A stretch of DNA of 64,000 bases from positions 1 to 64,000 of the forward strand of contig JBEIPA010000006.1 in the NCBI GenBank assembly GCA_040377305.1. Direction: 5' to 3'. The position numbers were made by a program, and so were the translations under genes. Below the pieces are notes generated by a model. That model did no database searches, was not told the DNA's origin, and worked only from the letters and a program-made list of their open reading frames with translations. Shown here in pieces: positions 49,978-58,677 of the stretch; position 1 is the stretch's first letter; each line of letters begins with the position of its first letter. This DNA comes from Flavobacteriales bacterium. Its GTDB lineage: Bacteria > Bacteroidota > Bacteroidia > Palsa-965.

Positions 49978-49985
49978 CAAAGATA
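49978..49985 (-). promoter_or_regulatory. -7 promoter element for the riboswitch-metH transcript
   Basis: Minus-strand TATCTTTG about 20 nt upstream of the aptamer. Confidence 0.65.
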
Positions 49986-50012
49986 AGAAATGGACTTTTA
50001 CCAATGACAGAC

Positions 50013-51563
50013 TCAGTTACGAATCACTGGTTTTTGGGCGATTAATACCCCGTTTCGTTCGAGCAGGAGAAAATACAAGCCCGGATTGAGAGCGCTCATG
50101 TCAATCTTGTGCTGGTCAGAACGTAATTGTTCATCCAGTACTGTTCTGCCCGTGACATCACATAACCGTATTCGCGTTTGTCCGTTACCTGAAATCGGTG
50201 TTGCAACAGTTATGATATCCTGTGTTGGATTCGGAAACACACGAAGCAATTCTGTTTCACGTTCCACATTTTGCTGAGTCGTCATCACACATATCGCACC
50301 TGGATTCAGCGTAGTTGATGTTGCAACTGTTGTAAGCACAATTGACGAGTCAGCTATTCCGATTGTTATGCTTGTTGCAAGACCGGGCGTGACATTTATG
50401 AATGTATCGGAAAGTATACTATCGTTGCAAAATGCGGCACCGAGACTATCTGTCTTCGTAATTACAATGCTGATATCGGTGGCGGTTGTTCCATCATTAC
50501 GAGAGGTAATGAACATGTAACCTCCGTCATTACTGCGTACGATTGACGGCTCCATGCCTCCGTTAAGATCCAGATAGGCTCTGGCCCAAATAGGATTACC
50601 GTTTAAATCTATTCGCCCCATAGCAATGTGACCGGTGTTTGCCAAATCACAGATCATGGTATAACCTCCTGCTACCGGCACCATCTGTGTCGCGACGAAA
50701 GAACTGCCAGCCAGATAAGCGCGAGCCCACATCGCAGTACCAAATGCATCGAACTGATACAGCGATGTGAATATGTATCCGGTGTTAATTCCGCAGGTAA
50801 TAAACGCACCAATCGAAGTTTCATGAATGTCGGTTTGACTGGCAGAATTGGGACAACGGTTACACCACAGGAGTACTCCGGATGAACTTACTTTGAGCAG
50901 TATGCCGTCATATCCCAGGCGACCACCAGCAACAAAGTCACCGGTTGAAGCTTCAATAATTGTGTTCAACTCAACATGCTCATTCCATCCAAAAGTTCTG
51001 GTCCACATCAGGTTGCCCACACTGTCTGTGCGCACAATGAATCCTTCACGGTATGTGCCGTTGGGATCGGCTGTCCGTCCGCAGGCAATGAACCCATGAT
51101 CGGATGTTTCCTCTGCATCGTAAAATAAGCTGTAGCGTAAACCTGGATACAGCATCGACCAGAGTACATTTCCCTGTGCGTCTGTTTTGATTAAACGTGC
51201 AGAAGAAGTGTAATCCATTGTCACACTGTCCCGATGAAACCACATTGTTGCAACGGCAAAACCGGAATCATGTGTTTGGACTACGGTGTTGCCATCCGTA
51301 ATTCCTGCTGACCAATTCGATTTCCGATACGTCTGCACCCACTCCTGCGAACCTGTTGAGTCAATCTTCACGAGGTAGCCGAAATTATTGTCCATCGGTG
51401 GCTGCAACTCGGCATCGGCACAGAAAACGTAACCGCCATCGTAAGTTTTCGTCAGGTTATGATGCGCACGCTCTCCCTGCAATTCGAATGCAACAGAAAA
51501 TGGCTGTTGCGCATTTAATGCTGCTGACAACATAACCATAAGTAGGATGTAGCTCGATTTCAT
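50013..51563 (-). CDS. T9SS-secreted beta-propeller-like repeat protein
   Basis: Repeats of T.DGG(Y/F)...(L/I)KTD..GN..W and a VFPNPTQD CTD. Confidence 0.85.
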   Translation of the reverse strand: MKSSYILLMVMLSAALNAQQPFSVAFELQGERAHHNLTKTYDGGYVFCADAELQPPMDNNFGYLVKIDSTGSQEWVQTYRKSNWSAGITDGNTVVQTHDSGFAVATMWFHRDSVTMDYTSSARLIKTDAQGNVLWSMLYPGLRYSLFYDAEETSDHGFIACGRTADPNGTYREGFIVRTDSVGNLMWTRTFGWNEHVELNTIIEASTGDFVAGGRLGYDGILLKVSSSGVLLWCNRCPNSASQTDIHETSIGAFITCGINTGYIFTSLYQFDAFGTAMWARAYLAGSSFVATQMVPVAGGYTMICDLANTGHIAMGRIDLNGNPIWARAYLDLNGGMEPSIVRSNDGGYMFITSRNDGTTATDISIVITKTDSLGAAFCNDSILSDTFINVTPGLATSITIGIADSSIVLTTVATSTTLNPGAICVMTTQQNVERETELLRVFPNPTQDIITVATPISGNGQTRIRLCDVTGRTVLDEQLRSDQHKIDMSALNPGLYFLLLERNGVLIAQKPVIRN

Positions 51564-51720
51564 GGGTATGAAAGTTGCTTCAAGTTAGAAATAAGTCGCT
51601 AAACATCCTTTAACAAATCCATGCGAACGATGCCATACTTTCGGCGTAACTTAACGTATCTGATTGTAGTCCGTTTTTGTGGAATTTAGAGGATTTCACA
51701 TCCTAACTTTTGCCTGCACG

Positions 51721-53019
51721 ATGAAGAAGTTCATGCTGAGTATCGTTTTGCTGTTCGTCGCCTTCACTGCGAATGCACAAAACCTTATTCCAAATCCAGG
51801 CTTCGAAACGTACACACAAGTGCCGTGCGCATGTATGCAAGGCAGCTTGTCGTCATACGTTACGGGATGGGAGAACGCAGCTTCCGGTACACCAGATTTT
51901 ATTTCGACAGAATCAAATCCTGCATGTTACGCTGCTGCTGTTTCAAATCACTGGGACAGTTACGGTCACGAACAACCACACAGCGGAAAAGGAATGGGCA
52001 TGATCATGACTTCGGGTCATGGCGGAACGTATCGCGAATATCTCGGAGTAACCTTGACGAAGCCACTTGTGAAAGGAACAAAATACTACGCGGAGTTTTA
52101 TGTTTCCCTGGGTGACTTCTGCGGAGTTGCAACAAACAACATGGGAATGTTATTCAAGACGGGAACATTCTCTTCTGAGCCGAGTTACATTATCACAGGC
52201 GATCCGCAAGTCAACACAAAGACTGTGATTGATCAGACAGAAGGTTGGTACAAAGTGAGCGGGACTTTTGTTGCTGCAGACAACTACACGCATGTGATCA
52301 TCGGAAACTTTTTCACGCATGCAAACACAACGGTGAAAGTACTGCCTCAGCCGGAATTTATTGAATCACCGCACACGTATCGCCCGGGCATGGGTGCCTA
52401 TTTCATTGACGACTTTATGTTGAATGAAGCTAAGTTTGATGTTGCTGTTACCGGCGATACGCTCGTGTATGCCGGAACTACTTCGACAATAATTGCAAAA
52501 GGCGGAACAACGTACACCTGGTATGATGCAGAACGTCCGGATATAGTTATCGGCAACGGAGATGAATTGAAAGTGACCATGAACAAGAAACGTACGTTCA
52601 TTGTGCGCAGCGAAGGAGATAGTGCTCTGATTACGGTGAACGTTCGCAAACCGGCTTCAGCCTACATGAGCGAACTCAACGGACGTAAGGTTCGCAAAGG
52701 ACGCAACATTGAAATACACAGCGATGAAATCACCATACAGATCTTCGACAAGAATGAAGTGGATGGTGATAGTATTTCACTGTACTATGGCGATTCACTG
52801 ATTGTAGAACACCTCGCCATTACGCACAAGAAAGTTTCGTTCACGATCAAGATGGATAAATCGGGGCCAAAACAGATTGTACTTTTTGCTGAGAATCAAG
52901 GATCCGTTCCTCCGAACACGGCGTGCATCATTATCAAAGACGGACGCAGCAGCACAGAAGTTGTACTGCAGTCGGATTTCAAGTACTGTGATTCGGTGAT
53001 GTTGACTTATAAGGAGTAA
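51721..53019 (+). CDS. Exported protein with CBM-like N-domain, Ig-like segment and uncharacterised C-domain
   Basis: Signal peptide, QNLIPNPGFE...TPDF...YREYL...YFIDD, and C-terminal DGDSISL...AENQGSVPPNT. No type A CTD. Confidence 0.75.
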   Translation: MKKFMLSIVLLFVAFTANAQNLIPNPGFETYTQVPCACMQGSLSSYVTGWENAASGTPDFISTESNPACYAAAVSNHWDSYGHEQPHSGKGMGMIMTSGHGGTYREYLGVTLTKPLVKGTKYYAEFYVSLGDFCGVATNNMGMLFKTGTFSSEPSYIITGDPQVNTKTVIDQTEGWYKVSGTFVAADNYTHVIIGNFFTHANTTVKVLPQPEFIESPHTYRPGMGAYFIDDFMLNEAKFDVAVTGDTLVYAGTTSTIIAKGGTTYTWYDAERPDIVIGNGDELKVTMNKKRTFIVRSEGDSALITVNVRKPASAYMSELNGRKVRKGRNIEIHSDEITIQIFDKNEVDGDSISLYYGDSLIVEHLAITHKKVSFTIKMDKSGPKQIVLFAENQGSVPPNTACIIIKDGRSSTEVVLQSDFKYCDSVMLTYKE

Positions 53020-53100
53020 GTCTAAGTTTTTAAGTAGGCGAGTCACATGAATCTTCTCCTCCTTGCCTACTTAACTCCTTTATACCTTAAGGACTTCTTC

Positions 53101-53349
53101 TCACTTCCACATCGCTTTCCACTCGCGGTAAAAAGCTGCAATCTTTTTTCTGAAAAGCAGGAAGAGAAGAATGTAAGGCAACACCATCAGATACAGAATA
53201 GCGTTGTTGATTCCACCGCTCACCGAATGACCATCGTGACTTCCGGTTTCTGCAACGGCTTTACACATCGCACATTGTGCATCAGCGCTCAGAGAAAACA
53301 GGAGCGTGAAGATGACAAGGAAAAAGAGGATGCGGTGCGTGTTTTTCAC
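53101..53349 (-). CDS. Small membrane protein with AQCAMC motif
   Basis: GTG start, signal peptide, CxxC, GINNAILYL TM segment, and TAAATTTG just upstream. Confidence 0.75.
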   Translation of the reverse strand: MKNTHRILFFLVIFTLLFSLSADAQCAMCKAVAETGSHDGHSVSGGINNAILYLMVLPYILLFLLFRKKIAAFYREWKAMWK

Positions 53350-53388
53350 GAGACAAATTTACGGATTTTTTACCCGGCTCCTGACGAG

Positions 53389-53544
53389 AAATTCAACCCT
53401 TTCAGGGTTGGGGTTTCACGCGTTACAGATTGGTTACCGTAATTAAAGCCCTTCAGGCTTCGCGATATTGAGAACTCCGAAGGAGTATAATTACGGTAAC
53501 CAACACCGTGAGACACAAGCCCCAACCCTGAAAGGGTTGAATTT
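53389..53544. repeat. REPIN-like nested palindromic element (156 bp)
   Basis: Outer arms AAATTCAACCCTTTCAGGGTTGGGG/CCCCAACCCTGAAAGGGTTGAATTT. Inner arms TTGGTTACCGTAATTA/TAATTACGGTAACCAA. Confidence 0.85.
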
Positions 53545-53545
53545 T

Positions 53546-54136
53546 CTACCCGTAATACGGGGCGATCATCAGATACAAAATCGGTCCCGTCAGACTCACG
53601 TAAAACCAGATCGGCCAGGTGATTCTGCCCAGCTTTTTGTGCTTCGGGTATTCTGAAATCATCCCACGATAAGCGGTGTACAGAATGAACGGAAGAATGA
53701 TTCCCGCGAGGAAAATGTGCGTGAGCAAAATGATGAGGTAAATGCCACGAGAAGCTGAAACCGCGGTGCGCTCTGCATCATCGAGAATTCCATTGTGATC
53801 TGAATCGCCGTAAACCGTATCGCCGGTTAAAAGGTGGTGAATGATATAAGACACCAGAAACAAAATCGAAAGCACCATCGCGTACATCATCGTCTTTTTG
53901 TGTGCGATGTACTTCTTCTGGCGGACGAAAATCAACGCAACGACGAGAAGAATTGTGACTATGGAATTGACGACTGCGTTGAACGCTGCGAAAATGTGTT
54001 CGTCGAATCCGAGATCAACGCGCAACTGAATTCTGCTCAGCGAAAGAATGATGCCAAACACCACAATGGAAAATGCGATGATGAGCAAATGTGCTTTCTT
54101 GTCGTTTTTCTGAAGTGACTGCTGCGGATAGCTCAT
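53546..54136 (-). CDS. DUF420 membrane protein (CtaM-like)
   Basis: NAVVN, HKKTM, FLVSY, LLTHIFLA and HKKLGR.TWPIWFYVSLTG motifs. Confidence 0.9.
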   Translation of the reverse strand: MSYPQQSLQKNDKKAHLLIIAFSIVVFGIILSLSRIQLRVDLGFDEHIFAAFNAVVNSIVTILLVVALIFVRQKKYIAHKKTMMYAMVLSILFLVSYIIHHLLTGDTVYGDSDHNGILDDAERTAVSASRGIYLIILLTHIFLAGIILPFILYTAYRGMISEYPKHKKLGRITWPIWFYVSLTGPILYLMIAPYYG

Positions 54137-54810
54137 TTTTCGTTGATGAGAATATGAATGTCTTCAATCAGCATACGCACCTGCGCTGTGTCGGTTCCGC
54201 CATAGTAACCGCGAATAATGGAATTGCGGTCTACCAGTACAATCTGATCGCTGTGAATGAAATCTTCTTCTCCTCCGTCACCCGGCTCAATATCCGGAAG
54301 CTGATAACCGTAGCGAATAAGATCGTACAGCTTTTTCTTGTCGCCTGTAACGAGCGTCCACTGTGTTGAATCGCAGCCAAAACGTTTGCAGTAATTCTTC
54401 AGCGCAGTTGTTGAGTCGCGATCCGGATCTACCGAATACGAAACAAGATTCACATTGCTGTTACCCGAAAACTCTTTCTGCACCATCGCCATATGATTTG
54501 AAATCACGGGACAAATTCCTTCGCAGCTCGTGAAGAACAATTGAACAACAGAAATATTGCCCTTCAGCTCAGCAGTAGAAAACGTGTTTCCATCCTGATT
54601 GATAAACGTTTCGACCGGAACAATTTTAAAAAGTGTGTCTCCGTTTTCGATGCCGTCGTAATACTTTGCAAGACGTGGAACACCCGTTACGTAAGAACGG
54701 TCGTCGCCAATTGTTTCAGGCCCACAAGAAAAAGTAAACAGTGGCAGTAGCAGTAGCAGCAAACTGCTCCACTGACTGCTACTGCCACTGCTACTGCTAC
54801 TTTTTATCAC
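54133..54810 (-). CDS. SCO family copper chaperone (lipoprotein)
   Basis: FFTSCEGICP, SVDPDRD and FIHS motifs. Lipobox FTFSC. GTG start at 54810 is inferred. Confidence 0.88.
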   Translation of the reverse strand: MIKSSSSSGSSSQWSSLLLLLLPLFTFSCGPETIGDDRSYVTGVPRLAKYYDGIENGDTLFKIVPVETFINQDGNTFSTAELKGNISVVQLFFTSCEGICPVISNHMAMVQKEFSGNSNVNLVSYSVDPDRDSTTALKNYCKRFGCDSTQWTLVTGDKKKLYDLIRYGYQLPDIEPGDGGEEDFIHSDQIVLVDRNSIIRGYYGGTDTAQVRMLIEDIHILINEK

Positions 54811-55471
54811 GGTTCTGTTCAACTGTAGATTCTTCAATGGTCTGCGCACCTTCATCACGCAATAAAACGTGATTCACATCTTCCTTCATCTTCTTCAGAT
54901 CGGCGGCGTAACGAATATTATAGTAACCGCGAATTCTTCCGAGACGATCAATCAGCACGGCATCTGTTTCAGTCTGCCAGGGATCGCGTTTGCGGGATGC
55001 GTCTGCCACGTAAAAATCAGCACGCACCTTTTCAAATTGTTGCGGAGTAAGAAATACCGTGTACGAAGTGTCGACTCCAAGTCCTAAATCTTTTCCGATA
55101 TCGGGTGCATTCAGTGGAGTTTGTCCAACAGAATCTCCGTGCATAAAGAAAACAAATCGGGCATACCCGTACGTGTTCCTCTTGTGCAGAATGTCTTCGG
55201 CAAAAATCGGCAGCATCGTTTTCAGGCTATCCGGCGGAAGAAACACGGCAACGTATAAACGTCCGTCGAGCTTCGTCGCTGATGAAAAAGAAAGACCTCC
55301 AGTTGTTGAACAACTGAAGGCCGGTATAGTGTAATACGTCGTGTCTTTCCCTTGTGCGGTGCGTGGACCGTATATAGGAGCTTTAATTACTTTAGGAATT
55401 CCCAGTGCGAAATAAACGTAAACTATTGCAGGGAAAAATAGTATTCCTAAAAGAATTGCGGCTTTCTTCAT
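54797..55471 (-). CDS. SCO-like protein lacking CxxxC
   Basis: N-terminal TM, YYTIPAF and VLIDRLGRIRGYY. No CxxxC. Confidence 0.65.
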   Translation of the reverse strand: MKKAAILLGILFFPAIVYVYFALGIPKVIKAPIYGPRTAQGKDTTYYTIPAFSCSTTGGLSFSSATKLDGRLYVAVFLPPDSLKTMLPIFAEDILHKRNTYGYARFVFFMHGDSVGQTPLNAPDIGKDLGLGVDTSYTVFLTPQQFEKVRADFYVADASRKRDPWQTETDAVLIDRLGRIRGYYNIRYAADLKKMKEDVNHVLLRDEGAQTIEESTVEQNRDKK

Positions 55472-55473
55472 TC

Positions 55474-55923
55474 CTAGTGATGCACCTCTGCACCTTCAAC
55501 TGCACTCGTAGGAGTCTGTCCTGTTGTTCCGGTCTGACCATTAGTCGATCCCGTTCCGTTCAGACGGTGTTCCTTTACGTAATTTCCTTCTCCAATCGTC
55601 ATCATGATAATCAGATAACCAATGAACACGGCGTAAGGAATTAGAATTACCCACTTCGTCCATTTGTTCTCTTCGCCAAGGTGCATAAACACCATTACGA
55701 TATAAGCTGCTTTCAAAAGTGTGAACCCGATGAAGAAGAATTTCAGGAAGGTCTTGCCCAGGTTCCAATCAGCTGCGTAAAGACCAACGATAACTTCTAC
55801 GAGAGTTACAGCCAGAAGAAGCCAGAATACTCTCCAAAGTTTTTTGCGAATCTTCTTTCCTGTGGCTTCGTCGTGGTGAGCGAGTCCTTCGTAATCCGGA
55901 TATACGTCGTTAAATTCTGACAT
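55474..55923 (-). CDS. Cytochrome c oxidase subunit IV family protein
   Basis: LLAVTLVEV and KAAYIVMVFMHL motifs. Confidence 0.88.
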   Translation of the reverse strand: MSEFNDVYPDYEGLAHHDEATGKKIRKKLWRVFWLLLAVTLVEVIVGLYAADWNLGKTFLKFFFIGFTLLKAAYIVMVFMHLGEENKWTKWVILIPYAVFIGYLIIMMTIGEGNYVKEHRLNGTGSTNGQTGTTGQTPTSAVEGAEVHH

Positions 55924-55941
55924 AAGAATATTTATTTCTGA

Positions 55942-56763
55942 TTAAAGAAGATAGAAGAAGGTAAATACGAATACCCAAACGAGATCGACAAAGTGCCAGT
56001 AGAGACCAACTTTCTCAACCATCTCGTAGTGACCAACGCGTTTCATGTACCCGTTCAACGCCATGAGGAAGATGCACAGGTTAATGATTACTCCGGAGAA
56101 TACGTGGAAACCGTGGAAGCCCGTAATGAAGAAGAAGAAGTTTGCAAAAGCGGTTTGTCCGTACTCGTTGTACTGGAGATTCGCTCCTTTGAAAACTTCA
56201 CCTTTCGCAAGTATGTCAGCCGATTCAGTTGCAGAAAGCTTTACGCCATGCGACCAAAGAATTGTTTTGTCCGGCACGTGTGTTTCATGGTTGACATCGA
56301 AGGTGTAAATTTCCTTGTTGTAGAGAATCGCCCCGTCGTCTGAACCAACGATGAAGTTTGTCCACTCCCACGCTTGTGATCCTACGAACATAAGTCCGCC
56401 GATAATGGTGAGGAACATCCAGATGAGAACTCCTTTTCGATTATTCCGGTGACCGGCTTCTACTGCAAGTACCATGGTTACCGACGACATGATGAGGATG
56501 AAGGTCATGAGACCCACGTACATCAATGGAAGGTGCATTCCGTGAAGGAACGGGAAGTGATGGAACACCGCCTGTGGGTCAGGCCAATCGCCTGCGAAGT
56601 TGTGTCGGAAAAATCCATACGCACAGAGGAAGCCTGAGAATGTCAGGGCATCTGATACGAGGAAAAACCACATGAAAAGCTTACCGTAACTCGTGCGCAT
56701 CGGAGACATTCCGCCATCCCATGATGCGTACTTTGCGTCGAGTTCTGCAGTTGAACCTGCCAT
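55942..56763 (-). CDS. Cytochrome c oxidase subunit III
   Basis: MWFFLVSD, TGFHGFHV and GLYWHFVDLVW motifs. Confidence 0.92.
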   Translation of the reverse strand: MAGSTAELDAKYASWDGGMSPMRTSYGKLFMWFFLVSDALTFSGFLCAYGFFRHNFAGDWPDPQAVFHHFPFLHGMHLPLMYVGLMTFILIMSSVTMVLAVEAGHRNNRKGVLIWMFLTIIGGLMFVGSQAWEWTNFIVGSDDGAILYNKEIYTFDVNHETHVPDKTILWSHGVKLSATESADILAKGEVFKGANLQYNEYGQTAFANFFFFITGFHGFHVFSGVIINLCIFLMALNGYMKRVGHYEMVEKVGLYWHFVDLVWVFVFTFFYLL

Positions 56764-56819
56764 AATCTGAAATGTATTTAGTGGTGACTGGTGTTCGCTG
56801 TTTTAACAGCGGTGCAAGT

Positions 56820-57419
56820 TTACTTAAAAAGTGTCAAAAACAGGAACAAATATATCCATAATGCCCCCATAAAATGCCAGTAAATCGATGCGAGTTTTAC
56901 CCCGTGGATGTTAGCAGAATGATATTTGCCCATGAATCCCTTGATCAGGGTGATAAATAGCGAGATTAATCCGCCAAACACGTGGAGCAAGTGAATGCCA
57001 CTCAACACATAAATAAATGATCCGGAAATGAGTGCTCCCTGACCGTCTGAAGGCGACAGGAAAATTCCATTGCGCACGAGTTCCTTCCACCCAAGCCATT
57101 GAAAAAGAGCGAACAGGAATCCGAACAAAAGCGTTGCTCCCATCATGGCATTTCCTAGTCCCTTTTTGTTCTGCACGTACGCCCACTGCGATACGATCAT
57201 GAATACACTGCTGAACAAAATCACCGCCGAGCTGACCCAGAATTCGGAAGGGAGATTGATGCTAAACCATGCACCGCCATCGTGACGAACAACATACGCG
57301 CTGGTCAAACCGCCGAAGAGCATGACGATTGCGAACAAAGAAAGTCGCACGAGATTTCTCTCTGCTTTCTCTTGTACTTTCCGCTCTTCTCCTGAAATTT
57401 TCATTGTGATTGTAGCCAT
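56820..57419 (-). CDS. Heme-copper oxidase subunit III-like protein
   Basis: MLFGGLTSAY, GIHLLHV and YWHFM motifs. Confidence 0.9.
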   Translation of the reverse strand: MATITMKISGEERKVQEKAERNLVRLSLFAIVMLFGGLTSAYVVRHDGGAWFSINLPSEFWVSSAVILFSSVFMIVSQWAYVQNKKGLGNAMMGATLLFGFLFALFQWLGWKELVRNGIFLSPSDGQGALISGSFIYVLSGIHLLHVFGGLISLFITLIKGFMGKYHSANIHGVKLASIYWHFMGALWIYLFLFLTLFK

Positions 57420-57421
57420 TT

Positions 57422-58327
57422 TTATCCGAACAAATAAGCCAGCTGTACTACCGGCAGGTATATGAATGAGCCAAACATCAATTTGGATGCGGCCTTTATT
57501 TCAAGTGTTGAATACAGTTTCCACGACTGGTAAAAGAAGAAAATTCCACAAAGCAGAACGATGATGATGCCTACAAGTCCTGTCATATTATAAAAGTACG
57601 GAAGCAAACTCATCGGAATCAAAAACATGGCGTAAACCATCACCTGAAATGCACTGCCTTTGTCGCGCTCTTTCGTTGGTAAAAGACGGAATCCAGCTTT
57701 TCGGTAATCGTCATCTACTACCCAGGCAATTGCCCAGAAGTGCGGGAACTGCCACATGAATTGTACCGCGAAAAGCAACAGGGCGTTTGTTCCAACGAAC
57801 CCGAATCCTTCTGTAGCGGCAACCCATCCTAACATAGGAGGAACCGCACCCGGAAATGCACCAACGAGAACAGCCCACGGCGTAATTCTCTTGAGCGGAG
57901 TATATGCGAAAACGTACAGCAATAATGCGACAACACTGAGGATTGCGCTGAGCGGATTCACAAAATACAAGAGCAATCCGGCACCGAGGATGGCACAAAT
58001 TGTAGCGACAACTAAACCTTCTGTAACCGACATTCTTCCGGTGGGAATAGGTCGTGTTGAAGTGCGCGGCATGAGTTTATCGTACTCCCGTTCAATGACC
58101 TGATTGTATCCGTTCGAAGCACCGGTTACCAGGAATCCACCCAAGAATAACATGGTCATTTCCAGCCAGTTGATAGCAACCTGAAGCTCTTCAATGGCAA
58201 TTACGTAACCGATAATAGCGGAGAAAACGACGAGGGCGGAAAGTCGGAGCTTTGTAAACTGAGCGTAATCTGTGACTTTCCCCATAAACCCGGCTGGTTT
58301 GGCAATATGTAAAGCGGTTTCCGGCAA
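57422..58327 (-). CDS. cyoE: Protoheme IX farnesyltransferase (heme O synthase)
   Basis: NQVIEREYD.LM.RT..RP, YTPLKR and WQFPHFWA motifs. Start is TTG 58327 or ATG 58285. TACCTTTG -7 element at 58333..58340. Confidence 0.93.
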   Translation of the reverse strand: MPETALHIAKPAGFMGKVTDYAQFTKLRLSALVVFSAIIGYVIAIEELQVAINWLEMTMLFLGGFLVTGASNGYNQVIEREYDKLMPRTSTRPIPTGRMSVTEGLVVATICAILGAGLLLYFVNPLSAILSVVALLLYVFAYTPLKRITPWAVLVGAFPGAVPPMLGWVAATEGFGFVGTNALLLFAVQFMWQFPHFWAIAWVVDDDYRKAGFRLLPTKERDKGSAFQVMVYAMFLIPMSLLPYFYNMTGLVGIIIVLLCGIFFFYQSWKLYSTLEIKAASKLMFGSFIYLPVVQLAYLFG

Positions 58328-58491
58328 GCGTGCAAAGGTAACACTCAGGAACGCTGGAATGTTCTCTTAAATAGAAATATTCTGCTCCGCTTGAGACCCG
58401 GAAATGATGTGCCGACCCTTCGACAAGCTCAGGACAAGTATGCAAATGTGCAGATATGCCGATGGTGTTTGGTGTTAGCTGCTAGTAAATC

Positions 58492-58631
58492 CTTTGCGGT
58501 CCTTTGCGGCTTGGCGTCTTTGTAGTTAATGACCATCAAGATCTCGGGGACGGGAGAAAAATGTTGGAATAACTCTTTGCGGTCCTTTGCGGCTTGGCGC
58601 CTTTGTAGTAAATGACCACGAAGATCGCGGG
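58492..58631. repeat. Two direct 57-bp copies of a CTTTGCGG-periodic element
   Basis: 58492..58548 and 58575..58631 differ at about five positions. Confidence 0.85.
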
Positions 58632-58677
58632 CCCTCACGACAAAGCCTCAATCCCCGTTCTCAGAATTCAGAAAAAT

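Noticed and set aside
49465-49985. Cobalamin riboswitch or a longer MetH N-terminus
   Set aside because: The leader matches SAM-I motifs, and the ORF-track extension to 49557 simply reads through a REP element.
58492-58631. Possible mini-CRISPR (direct repeats with a 26-bp gap)
   Set aside because: There are only two copies, each 57 bp and internally periodic, and no cas genes are present.
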